Positions 10,835 to 20,252 are shown, counted from the stretch's first letter. The stretch is 64,000 bases of DNA from Gammaproteobacteria bacterium (GCA_002716945.1 PBCF01000002.1:142404-206403), one strand, 5' to 3'. The notes: generated from the sequence alone by a model not told the origin. A program made the numbers and translations.

Positions 10835-12328
10835 ATGGGAACGTCTAAAAATAACGAAAGTAAATACCCAAATCCCCTGGAACAGGGACTAGCTTTTGAT
10901 GACGTCCTTCTTGTGCCACAATATTCTGAAATACTACCAAAAGATGTTAGTCTCACGACACGATTGACTAATAAAATCTCATTAAAGATCCCTATATTAT
11001 CTGCTGCAATGGATACAGTAACTGAGGCAGAAATGGCTATTTCTTTAGCCAGTGAAGGTGGCATTGGGATAATACATAAAAATATGTCGATTGAAGAACA
11101 GGCACGTCAAATACGATTTGTTAAAAAACATGAAAGTGGTGTTATCAATGATCCAGTTACTGCTACTCCATCAATGACAGTAAAAGAAATATATGACATT
11201 ACTACAAAATATAAAATATCTGGTGTACCGGTTGTTGAAAATAATAAATTGGTCGGAATTGTTACTAATAGAGATTTAAGGTTTGTGGATAATCTCGACC
11301 TTAAAATTTCAAAAATAATGACGCCTCAAAATAAATTAATTACAGTTTCTGAAAATTACACTAAAAACGAAGTAATTACTGCTTTAAGGAAAAATAGAAT
11401 AGAGAAAATACTTATCGTCAACAAAAAACATGAATTAAAAGGGATGATCACATTCAAAGATATACAAAAATCTACTACATATCCAAATGCTTCTAAAGAT
11501 TCAAGTGGCAGTCTGATAGTTGGGGCAGCTGTAGGTACAAATGCAGAATCTATTAGCAGAGCAGATGAACTTATCGGGCAAGGAGCTGACGTTATAGTGA
11601 TTGATACAGCACATGGTCACTCAAAATTAGTAATCAAAATGCTTAAACATCTCAAGAAAAAATATCCTCAACAACAAATAATTGCTGGTAATATTGCAAC
11701 TGAATTGGCTGCTAAAGATTTAATTGATGCGGGTGCCGATGCTATTAAAGTGGGTATAGGACCAGGATCAATATGTACAACAAGAATTGTTGCTGGTGTT
11801 GGTGTTCCTCAATTATCCGCCATACTCGATGTTGCTAGATATGCTAAAAAGAAAAATATTCCAGTGATTGCTGACGGTGGCATTAGATATTCTGGTGATA
11901 TTGCCAAAGCAGTTGCTGCAGGAGCTAACGCTGTAATGCTTGGTGGGCTATTAGCCGGTACAGATGAATCACCGGGTGATGTAGAAATGTTTGAAGGTAG
12001 AACATATAAATCATATAGAGGTATGGGTTCTATTGGTGCTATGCAAAAAGGATCAAGAGATCGATATAATCAGGATGGAGAGAATAGTCCATCAAAACTA
12101 GTTCCTGAAGGAATTGAGGGGAGAGTTCCATATAAAGGAACAATGAAAACAATACTTCATCAGCTTATTGGAGGACTAAAATCTAGCATGGGATATGTTG
12201 GCTGTAAAGATATAAATGAAATGCAGAAGAATACGACATTCATTAAAATAAGCACTTCCGCTAAACAAGAAAGTCATATTCACGATGTAGATATAATAAA
12301 AGAACCACCTAATTATCAGCCAAGATGA
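10835..12328 (+). CDS. guaB: IMP dehydrogenase
   Basis: FDDVLLVP N-terminus, CBS pair, catalytic loop [11 protein letters not shown]. Confidence 0.95.
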   Translation: MGTSKNNESKYPNPLEQGLAFDDVLLVPQYSEILPKDVSLTTRLTNKISLKIPILSAAMDTVTEAEMAISLASEGGIGIIHKNMSIEEQARQIRFVKKHESGVINDPVTATPSMTVKEIYDITTKYKISGVPVVENNKLVGIVTNRDLRFVDNLDLKISKIMTPQNKLITVSENYTKNEVITALRKNRIEKILIVNKKHELKGMITFKDIQKSTTYPNASKDSSGSLIVGAAVGTNAESISRADELIGQGADVIVIDTAHGHSKLVIKMLKHLKKKYPQQQIIAGNIATELAAKDLIDAGADAIKVGIGPGSICTTRIVAGVGVPQLSAILDVARYAKKKNIPVIADGGIRYSGDIAKAVAAGANAVMLGGLLAGTDESPGDVEMFEGRTYKSYRGMGSIGAMQKGSRDRYNQDGENSPSKLVPEGIEGRVPYKGTMKTILHQLIGGLKSSMGYVGCKDINEMQKNTTFIKISTSAKQESHIHDVDIIKEPPNYQPR

Positions 12329-12329
12329 T

Positions 12330-13883
12330 ATGCAAAATACAAACCCTGATACTATTCTTATTATAGATTTTGGTTCTCAATATACACAACTTATCGCTCG
12401 AAGAGTAAGAGAAAAAAATGTTTTTAGTGTTGTTAAACCTAATGACGTTAATATTAAAGATATCAAAAATATAAATCCAAAGGGAATAATTTTATCAGGA
12501 GGGCCTGAATCTGTTTCCAACAAGAGAAAACTCCAGGTCTCAAAATCTATTTTTAATTTAGATGTTCCCATCTTAGGTATTTGTTACGGCATGCAGTTAA
12601 TTGCAGACTATTTTAATGGAACTGTAATATCATCAACTAAAAAAGAATTTGGACATACAAATTTTGTTTATAATAAGACATCTAGTTTATTTAATCACAT
12701 AAATCTTAAAAAGAAGTTGAATGTTTGGATGAGTCATTCAGACAATATTGCTAAACTTCCTAAAAACTTTACTTGTATTGGAAGTTCTACGAATACTAAA
12801 ATCAGTGCATTTGCATATGAAAATAAGAAAATATATGGATTACAATTTCATCCAGAAGTTACACATACTGAGTGTGGCAATATTATCATTAGTAATTTTA
12901 TACACCATATATGTAAATGTAAAAAATCATGGACAACACGTAATATAATAAATGAATCAATTCAAAATATTAAAAACTCTGTACAAAATAACAAAGTTTT
13001 ATTAGCTCTATCTGGAGGTGTTGACTCTACAGTTGTTGCAGCATTATTGAAGAGAGCAATAGGAAAGCAACTAACGTGCGTATTTATTAATACAGGATTA
13101 TTAAGAAAGAATGAAGTAAATGAAGTAAAATTTAACATTACAAAAAAATTAAAAATAAAACTCACTATTGTCAATGCAGAAAATATATTTTTTAAAAAAT
13201 TAAGAAATATTACTGATCCTGAAAAAAAGCGTAAGATAATTGGAGAAACTTTTATAAGAGTCTTTGAATCTGAATCAAAAAAATATAAAGATATAAAATA
13301 TTTAGGTCAAGGAACAATATATCCTGATGTTATAGAATCTTCATCAGATAGTAAAAAATCTGATGTTATCAAATCTCATCATAATGTTGGAGGTCTACCA
13401 AAAAAAATAAATTTTAAATTAATAGAGCCTATAAGAAATTTATTTAAAGATGAAGTTAGAAAAATTGGAAAGACTTTATCTGTTCCGGAAGAATTACTTT
13501 CTCGACACCCATTTCCAGGACCAGGTTTAGCTGTTAGAATTATTGGAGAAGTAACTAAAGATAAAGTTGCTATACTGCAGGATGTTGACTCAATTTTTAT
13601 AGAAGAAATAAAAAACCAGGGATACTATAATCAAATTAGCCAAGCATTAGCAGTATTCCTACCTATTAAATCAGTTGGAGTTATGGGAGATCAAAGAAAA
13701 TATAATTATGTAGTTGCTATTAGAGCTGTTAATACAATAGATTTTATGACAGCTAATGCTTGCGAACTACCGTATAAATTATTAAAGCAAATATCTACTA
13801 GGATTGTAAATGAAGTACCTAATGTATCAAGAGTGGTTTATGATATTACTAGTAAGCCGCCAGGCACAATAGAGTGGGAATAG
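12330..13883 (+). CDS. guaA: GMP synthase (glutamine-hydrolysing)
   Basis: Class I glutamine amidotransferase domain (GICYGMQ), ATP-PPase SGGVDS motif, C-terminal dimerisation domain. Confidence 0.95.
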   Translation: MQNTNPDTILIIDFGSQYTQLIARRVREKNVFSVVKPNDVNIKDIKNINPKGIILSGGPESVSNKRKLQVSKSIFNLDVPILGICYGMQLIADYFNGTVISSTKKEFGHTNFVYNKTSSLFNHINLKKKLNVWMSHSDNIAKLPKNFTCIGSSTNTKISAFAYENKKIYGLQFHPEVTHTECGNIIISNFIHHICKCKKSWTTRNIINESIQNIKNSVQNNKVLLALSGGVDSTVVAALLKRAIGKQLTCVFINTGLLRKNEVNEVKFNITKKLKIKLTIVNAENIFFKKLRNITDPEKKRKIIGETFIRVFESESKKYKDIKYLGQGTIYPDVIESSSDSKKSDVIKSHHNVGGLPKKINFKLIEPIRNLFKDEVRKIGKTLSVPEELLSRHPFPGPGLAVRIIGEVTKDKVAILQDVDSIFIEEIKNQGYYNQISQALAVFLPIKSVGVMGDQRKYNYVVAIRAVNTIDFMTANACELPYKLLKQISTRIVNEVPNVSRVVYDITSKPPGTIEWE

Positions 13884-14542
13884 TTAATATGCGCTCACTA
13901 ATAAAATACTTTTTGTCTCTACTAAATGCTAGTTTTTATGAAAAAGGATTAGCTCTATATTTATTACGAACAAAATTTAAAGAAATTAGGGGTACTACAA
14001 AACATTTGAAAAGGGAAGACTTATGGCTAGATACAATACAAAAATGTAATAATAAAGTTCTTTTTTTAGAGTTTGGAGTATGGGAAGGGTATTCCATCAA
14101 CTTTTTCATACAAAATATAAAGCATAAAGATTCTCTTTTTTTTGGTTTTGATAGTTTTGAAGGTTTGCCAGAGGACTGGTATACCAACCCTAAGGGTACT
14201 TTCAATGTAAAAGGTAAAATACCAGAAATTTCCGATCAAAGAGTATCTTTTATTAAAGGTTGGTTTAATCAAAGTCTCCCAAAATTTATCGATGATAATT
14301 TGTCAAAAGCACATGATTTTAAGTTAATTGTTCATTATGACGCAGACCTTTATAGTTCTACATTGTTTTGTTTATCTCAAATAGATAGATTGAAGATCAA
14401 GTATTTAGCAATATTTGATGAATTTACACGTGACGAGACTAGAGCCCTATATAATTATATACAATCTCATGGAGCCACAGTAAAGTTTCTAGGACATACT
14501 GATAATCATCAAGTCTTATGTGAAATCCAGCCCATTATTTAA
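13874..14542 (+). CDS. Class I SAM-dependent methyltransferase of the TylF/MycF (macrocin O-methyltransferase, Methyltransf_24) family
   Basis: Motifs EFGVWEGYS, FDSFEGLPEDW, FIKGWFNQSLP and HYDADLYSST match the TylF/MycF signature blocks (GVWRGGS, DSFxGLP, FLKGWFxDTLP, DGDLYEST); overlaps the guaA stop by 10 nt. Confidence 0.7.
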   Translation: MGIVNMRSLIKYFLSLLNASFYEKGLALYLLRTKFKEIRGTTKHLKREDLWLDTIQKCNNKVLFLEFGVWEGYSINFFIQNIKHKDSLFFGFDSFEGLPEDWYTNPKGTFNVKGKIPEISDQRVSFIKGWFNQSLPKFIDDNLSKAHDFKLIVHYDADLYSSTLFCLSQIDRLKIKYLAIFDEFTRDETRALYNYIQSHGATVKFLGHTDNHQVLCEIQPII

Positions 14543-14671
14543 AATTTTACAAATAATCCTTGTACTAATTTATTTTTTTTTGTAACTTAATAAAGGCTTT
14601 CCGTTGAAAGCATATCCTAGATACTAAAAATACCAAACAATATTTATATTATCTAAATACTTGAATATTAA

Positions 14672-15904
14672 ATGATTGAATTTACCAAATACAATTGGTC
14701 TAAAATTATAATGCATGTTGATATGAATGCATTTTTTGCATCTATTGAGCAACGAGATTTTATATATTTGCGCAATAAACCTGTTGCTATAACGAATGGT
14801 CTAAAAGGTTCTTGCATTATAACATGTTCATATGAAGCCAGAGCATTTGGAATAAAAACCGGAATGAGATTTATTGATGCAAAAAAATTATGTCCTAAAT
14901 TAATCAGAAGAAGTTCCAGGCCTAATCATTATGCAAAAATTTCAGCAGAAATCATGAAAGTATTAAAAAATATTTCACCAGATATAGAAATATTTTCTGT
15001 TGATGAAGCATTTTTAGATTTAACACGATATCAGAAAATTTATTTTTCTCCATTCCATGTTGCGTACTTGATTAAACATATTATATATAATCAGTTTGGA
15101 TTAACTTGTTCTATTGGAATTTCAGACAATAAATCCACAGCAAAATTTGCTTCTAAATTAAAAAAACCAAATGGAATTACACTAATAAAACCTCAGGATG
15201 CTGAAAAAATTCTATCTAATTATCCTGTTACAGAATTATGTGGTGTTGCTAAAGGAGTCAAAGAGTTTTTGAAATACCATGGAGTTTTAAAATGCAAGGA
15301 TATGAAAAAAATACCTATAAGCATTTTAGGGAATCGATTTGGTAATATTGGTAAAAAAATTTGGATGATGGCACAAGGAAAGGATATAGATTCACTTAAC
15401 TTGATTTCTAAATCACCTAAATCTATTGGACACGGAAAAGTGACAAAACCCAATACCCAGGATGATTATGAAATTAGATATATATTATATCGTATGAGTG
15501 AGAAAGTTGCTGCTAGAATGAGATCTCATAATTATGAAAGTAATAAATTTTTTATTGGAATCAAAATTCAAACAGGATGGATAAGTGATTATTTTAAAAC
15601 TAAAACATATATTAATAATGGAAAAAATATTTTTGATTTATGTATTAGTTTATTAAACACAATAAAAATAAAATATGGAGTTTTTCAAGTTCAAGTAACA
15701 GCTGTTAATCCAAAAGCATGTAACACACAAAAAGATTTGTTTGATGATGTTATTCATCAACGTATTTTAGATTCAACTATTGATAAATTAAATGAAAAGT
15801 TTGGAAGATTGGTGGTAATTCCTGCACGATTAAATACATATCAGGAATCCCCAGATGTAATTTCACCTTCATGGCGACCATCTGGTCATAGAAAATCCCT
15901 ATAA
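14672..15904 (+). CDS. dinB: Y-family DNA polymerase IV (DinB-like translesion polymerase)
   Basis: HVDMNAFFASIEQRD and SVDEAFLD catalytic motifs, little-finger domain; the true start may be the internal Met at 14711. Confidence 0.85.
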   Translation: MIEFTKYNWSKIIMHVDMNAFFASIEQRDFIYLRNKPVAITNGLKGSCIITCSYEARAFGIKTGMRFIDAKKLCPKLIRRSSRPNHYAKISAEIMKVLKNISPDIEIFSVDEAFLDLTRYQKIYFSPFHVAYLIKHIIYNQFGLTCSIGISDNKSTAKFASKLKKPNGITLIKPQDAEKILSNYPVTELCGVAKGVKEFLKYHGVLKCKDMKKIPISILGNRFGNIGKKIWMMAQGKDIDSLNLISKSPKSIGHGKVTKPNTQDDYEIRYILYRMSEKVAARMRSHNYESNKFFIGIKIQTGWISDYFKTKTYINNGKNIFDLCISLLNTIKIKYGVFQVQVTAVNPKACNTQKDLFDDVIHQRILDSTIDKLNEKFGRLVVIPARLNTYQESPDVISPSWRPSGHRKSL

Positions 15905-15911
15905 AAAAAAG

Positions 15912-15936
15912 GCCGAAAGGGGGTTAGATTCGGCCT
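15912..15936. terminator. GC-rich intrinsic-terminator hairpin (GGCCGAA-N11-TTCGGCC) flanked by A8 on the left and TTT on the right; the U-tract is much stronger for a minus-strand transcript
   Basis: 7-bp GC-rich inverted repeat read directly in otherwise AT-rich DNA; its reverse complement gives hairpin + TTTTTTTT. Confidence 0.65.
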
Positions 15937-16037
15937 TTAGATAAAGGGGTGGAGATACGACAGTATGTCTATATCCTGTCTATTACAATAATTGAACAAA
16001 ACGCATCTGTCAACAATAAAAGCAAACAAAAACTGTA

Positions 16038-16055
16038 CATAGAATATATTCTATG
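16038..16055. promoter_or_regulatory. Perfect 18-bp palindrome CATAGAATATATTCTATG (candidate operator) upstream of the MerR/CarH-like gene
   Basis: Read directly: CATAGAATA is the reverse complement of TATTCTATG. Confidence 0.5.
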
Positions 16056-16073
16056 ATAATGTTTGTTTTAAAT

Positions 16074-16090
16074 TTGACAAAAGATTGACA
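16074..16090 (+). promoter_or_regulatory. Tandem direct repeat TTGACAAAAGA-TTGACAAAG, two -35-like hexamers 11 bp apart, about 40-55 bp upstream of the regulator start codon
   Basis: Read directly in the sequence. Confidence 0.4.
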
Positions 16091-16131
16091 AAGTAAGAAA
16101 AAATTAGAAAAATATAGACAAAAGAGAGATT

Positions 16132-17091
16132 ATGAATAATGACATGAAAAAGGGTTTGGTTGATAAGCCAAGGCACTTAATACAAGTTGTTAGCAGAAGA
16201 ACAGGCATTAGCCCGGATGTTATACGTGCATGGGAAAGAAGATATGAGGCAGTTGTTTCTCATAGAACACCTACTAATAGACGTCTTTATTCAGATTCAG
16301 ATATTGAGCAGTTAAGCTTGTTAAAAAGAGCTATTAATGCAGGACGAAGAATTGGTGACATTGCTAGACTATCTTACGACGATCTTTTTGAATTAGTAAT
16401 GGGTGATGAATCCAATGCCACAAGATCATATCAAAGACCTCATACTGGAGTAGTGATGGAATTGTTTGATGAGGCTGTTATAGGAATCCAAGAAATGGAT
16501 GCACATAAATTTCATATAACCTTATCCAATGCACTCGCAACTCTTAGTACAACTGATTTCTTAGTTGAATTTTTAAAGCCATTACATAGTTATATCAATG
16601 ATGAGTGTAAAAGAGGTGCGATAAGGTATGTTCAAGAAAAAATGGCAAAAATAGCAATTAGAACCTGTTTAAGCAACCTTTATATTGGTTTAAGATCTTC
16701 AAAACCAGAAGGTCCTAAGTTAGTTTGTGCATCATTAACAGCAGAGTATGAAAATTTGGATACCTGGATGTACATGATCGTTGCACAAAATGTTGGTTGG
16801 AATATAACCTATGTAGGCAATTCAATACCACATGATGAAGTTTCATATATAGCAAACAAGATTGAGGCTAATGCGGTTGTAATAGCATTAAATAATCCAC
16901 GTGATATAGCACGTAAATCATATGAAATAAAAACAATTAGAGATAATGCTGATAAAAAAGAAAATGTTATACTTATTGGAACTCAAGCTTCAGAATATAG
17001 GCAAATTGCAGATTCAACACAAGCAATAATCTCTCTTGATATAACATCTTTCCGATTAACTCTAGAGAGACTCTATAGCTTAATTAGATAA
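16132..17091 (+). CDS. MerR-family transcriptional regulator of the CarH/LitR type: MerR HTH plus a C-terminal four-helix-bundle and Rossmann B12-binding-like domain, apparently lacking the cobalamin-ligating residues
   Basis: N-terminus LIQVVSRRTGISPDVIRAWERRY...RTPTNRRLYSDSDI matches the MerR/CarH HTH; the C-terminal domain aligns with the CarH B12-binding module, but the ExHxxG histidine is Asn (EYENLD) and the W-x9-EH bundle residues are replaced. Confidence 0.65.
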   Translation: MNNDMKKGLVDKPRHLIQVVSRRTGISPDVIRAWERRYEAVVSHRTPTNRRLYSDSDIEQLSLLKRAINAGRRIGDIARLSYDDLFELVMGDESNATRSYQRPHTGVVMELFDEAVIGIQEMDAHKFHITLSNALATLSTTDFLVEFLKPLHSYINDECKRGAIRYVQEKMAKIAIRTCLSNLYIGLRSSKPEGPKLVCASLTAEYENLDTWMYMIVAQNVGWNITYVGNSIPHDEVSYIANKIEANAVVIALNNPRDIARKSYEIKTIRDNADKKENVILIGTQASEYRQIADSTQAIISLDITSFRLTLERLYSLIR

Positions 17092-19812
17092 ATTTTTAAG
17101 TAAATCTTTTTTAGATTCAATATCTTTTAATAGATCTTCTTTTTTTTGTAAGTTAATTTGGATAATATTCGATGGTGCCTTTTCTATAAATTCTTTATTA
17201 TTAAGCTTACTATTAACTTTATCTAAATTACTAGATAGTTGACTAATAATCTTATTTAATCTATTTTTTTCTTCTTTAATATCTATAAATTTTTTAATAG
17301 GTATTAAAATCTTTATATCATTCAGGGATTGGGTTATACAATCTTTTATAATTTTATCATTAACATCCCAAATAATTTTGTTAATTTTTGAAAGATTACT
17401 AATTATAGATAAATTTTGTAACAAAATATTTTTTTTGTCATCATTATTTGTAATAAGATAAATATCTAATTCTTTTTTCGGGTGTATATTTAAATCACTT
17501 TTAGTTTTTCTAATTATATTTACTATATCTTTTACCAAATCAATAGTTTTTAAAACTTTTTCATCTTTAAATATTTTTTGTTGTGGAGGAAATTTTGAAT
17601 TTATTAATAATTCATCATCAGTATACTTTCTTGTGTATATATCAGACCATATTTCTTCCGTGATGTAAGGTATAATTGGATGACATAATTTCAAAATTAT
17701 TTTTAATGTATAAATTAAAACTTGTGGAGAATGATCTTTGTCTGATTTAGAAATTTCAAGATACCAATCACAGTATTCATTCCATATAAAGCTGTATAAT
17801 GACGATGCCATTAAATCAAATCTGTAGTTAGAGCAATGTTTTTTATAATCAGTTATTAATGTATCTAGTGATATTATTATCCATTTATCAAAGATATTAA
17901 GAGATTCAAAATTATCTTTTGGATTGTAAACAAGATTTTCTGTTGTCATAAATACATATCTTGATGCATTCCATAATTTATTACAAAAATTTCTATACCC
18001 TTCTATTCTTTTTAGATCAAAATTAATATCTCTACCAGTTGACGCTAAAGCACAAAAACAAAACCTTAATGCATCGGCTCCATAAGAAGGTATACCTGAA
18101 GGAAATTCATCACGTGTTTTTTTTATTATATCTTGTTTTTGTTTCTCATTTATTAGACTATCAATGCGTTTATTTGTCAGATCATCAAGATTTATTCCAT
18201 CGATTATATCGATCGGATCAATGATATTGCCGAGTGATTTTGACATCTTTCTTCCCTCAGAATCCCTAACAAGACCATGAATGTATATTGTCTTGAAAGG
18301 TATTTTTTTCATAAATTTTAAACCCATCATTACCATTCTAGCTACCCAAAAAAATATAATATCAAATCCTGTAACTAGAACATTTGTTGGGTAATACAAA
18401 TCTAATTCTTTAGATTTTTCTGGCCACCCTAAAGTTGTAAATGGCCATAATGCAGATGAAAACCAAGTATCTAAAACATCAGTTTCTTGAGTGATATTTA
18501 TTTTTGCATTAAGATTATATTTTTTTCTAACTTCATTCTCATTTGTTCCAACATATATATTTTTTTTAGAATCATACCAAATAGGTATTCTATGCCCCCA
18601 CCATATTTGTCGACTAATACACCAATCATCAATCTTGTTTAACCAATTTAAATATATTTTTTCCCAATTTTTAGGCACAAATTTTACTGTTGAATCGTTA
18701 ACTACATCAATTGCTGGTTTTGCCAGACCTTTCATTTTCATAAACCATTGGTCAGTTAAAAATGGCTCAATTATTACCCCTGATCTTTCGGCGATAGGCA
18801 ATGTAATTTGATAATCTTTGATTTTATTAATTCTATTTTGTTTTTTTAGCTCATCAACTATTATTTCTCTTGATTTATGAATATTTAAACCCACAAAACT
18901 TTTATACACATTTTCATTCAAAGTCCCATCTTCATTCATGATATTAATTGATTGAAGATTATGATTTAATCCAGTTTTATAATCATTGAAATCATGAGCA
19001 GGTGTAATTTTTACACATCCAGTACCAAATTCTTTATCTACAGATTCATCTTGTATAATTGGAATTTTTCTATTAATAAATGGAACCAATGCGGTTTTAT
19101 TTGCTAAATTTTTATAACGACTATCATCAGGATGTATACAGATTGCAGTATCACCAAATAATGTCTCAGGTCTTGTTGTAGCAACAGTAATTTTTTGATT
19201 GATTCCTTCAATATCATAATCAATAAAATATAATAAACCAGGTTTTTCTATATTGGAAACTTCAAGATCTGAAATAGCAGTTTTGAGTTTAATGTCCCAG
19301 TTGACTAGTCTTTTGCCTTTATATATTATTTTTTCATCATACAACTTAATGAAAACTTGAGAGACAGCCTCACTTAAACCTTCATCCATTGTAAATCTAT
19401 TTCTATTCCAATCAGCAGACGATCCAATTCTTTTTGTTTGTTTAATAATAGTATCACCCGATTTATCTTTCCATTTCCAGATTTCATCAATCAATTTATC
19501 TCTACCAATTTTATCTTTGGTGATACCTTTCTTTTGTAAGTTATTCTCAACAACTAATTGAGTTGCTATCCCTGCATGATCCGTACCAGGTTGCCATAAA
19601 ACACTTTTACCAAGCATTCTATTAAATCTAATTAATATATCTATTATGGTGTGCTGGAAAGCATGACCCATATGCAGTGTACCTGTAACATTAGGTGGTG
19701 GAAGCACAATTGAATATGTAGATTTAGAATCTTTGGCTTTGAAACAATCCTTGTTCATCCAAGATTCGTATATCTTTTTTTCAATTTTTTTTGGATTATA
19801 TTGTTTATCCAT
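17080..19812 (-). CDS. valS: Valine--tRNA ligase
   Basis: 910 aa, HIGH (PPPNVTGTLHMGHA) and KMSKS motifs, C-terminal coiled-coil. Confidence 0.95.
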   Translation of the reverse strand: MDKQYNPKKIEKKIYESWMNKDCFKAKDSKSTYSIVLPPPNVTGTLHMGHAFQHTIIDILIRFNRMLGKSVLWQPGTDHAGIATQLVVENNLQKKGITKDKIGRDKLIDEIWKWKDKSGDTIIKQTKRIGSSADWNRNRFTMDEGLSEAVSQVFIKLYDEKIIYKGKRLVNWDIKLKTAISDLEVSNIEKPGLLYFIDYDIEGINQKITVATTRPETLFGDTAICIHPDDSRYKNLANKTALVPFINRKIPIIQDESVDKEFGTGCVKITPAHDFNDYKTGLNHNLQSINIMNEDGTLNENVYKSFVGLNIHKSREIIVDELKKQNRINKIKDYQITLPIAERSGVIIEPFLTDQWFMKMKGLAKPAIDVVNDSTVKFVPKNWEKIYLNWLNKIDDWCISRQIWWGHRIPIWYDSKKNIYVGTNENEVRKKYNLNAKINITQETDVLDTWFSSALWPFTTLGWPEKSKELDLYYPTNVLVTGFDIIFFWVARMVMMGLKFMKKIPFKTIYIHGLVRDSEGRKMSKSLGNIIDPIDIIDGINLDDLTNKRIDSLINEKQKQDIIKKTRDEFPSGIPSYGADALRFCFCALASTGRDINFDLKRIEGYRNFCNKLWNASRYVFMTTENLVYNPKDNFESLNIFDKWIIISLDTLITDYKKHCSNYRFDLMASSLYSFIWNEYCDWYLEISKSDKDHSPQVLIYTLKIILKLCHPIIPYITEEIWSDIYTRKYTDDELLINSKFPPQQKIFKDEKVLKTIDLVKDIVNIIRKTKSDLNIHPKKELDIYLITNNDDKKNILLQNLSIISNLSKINKIIWDVNDKIIKDCITQSLNDIKILIPIKKFIDIKEEKNRLNKIISQLSSNLDKVNSKLNNKEFIEKAPSNIIQINLQKKEDLLKDIESKKDLLKNLSN

Positions 19813-20251
19813 TAGCTAAGATTTTTTCGTGTATTGTTTCAAAATTGTTTTTCTTATACATAATATAATGGTCTCTTGATTTTTTTTTCATATTTTCATC
19901 AGGTAAAACAAACTCAATAATAATTTTATATCTTTCATAGTCCTTAGGAAAATCATCACTCAAGTTTATAAGTATTTCAAATTCAGAATTTACTAGATTT
20001 TCAGGTATTTGATTTTTTTTGCATATTATTATGGGTGCAGTTGAATCTAATTTTTTATATGTTGTATGTGGTATAAAACTAATTTGTTCAAATTTCCATA
20101 GTTCATTATCTATTTCTTCTATTAAATCATCACTATTTGCAACGACAACAATTTTGTATTCTTTTTTATAATATTGTTTGATAACTTGGCAAATGTTATT
20201 GCGATATTGATTTATATCATTAAGTATATAAAAAAAAGCGATTTTCTTCAA
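19805..20251 (-). CDS. holC: DNA polymerase III chi subunit
   Basis: 148 aa; conserved pepA-holC-valS arrangement; N-terminus MKKIAFFYIL resembles HolC. Confidence 0.75.
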   Translation of the reverse strand: MKKIAFFYILNDINQYRNNICQVIKQYYKKEYKIVVVANSDDLIEEIDNELWKFEQISFIPHTTYKKLDSTAPIIICKKNQIPENLVNSEFEILINLSDDFPKDYERYKIIIEFVLPDENMKKKSRDHYIMYKKNNFETIHEKILANG

Positions 20252-20252
20252 T

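Noticed and set aside
10816-11064. 82-aa minus-strand ORF overlapping the start of guaB
   Set aside because: It overlaps the well-conserved guaB N-terminus and the xseA/guaB divergent promoter, and has no conserved features. It is likely spurious.
14543-14671. LexA/SOS box upstream of the DinB-like gene
   Set aside because: No CTGT-N8-ACAG motif, and no obvious palindrome, is present in the 129-bp spacer or in the first codons. SOS control by a gammaproteobacterial-type LexA is therefore not supported from the sequence. The small GCTTTC-cgtt-GAAAGC hairpin there has no U-tract.
15940-16010. Possible tRNA or other structured RNA gene in the GC-richer patch after the terminator
   Set aside because: No cloverleaf-compatible arrangement (acceptor, D, anticodon or T-arm complementarity, or a GTTC box) could be found by eye. 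Only simple inverted repeats are present.
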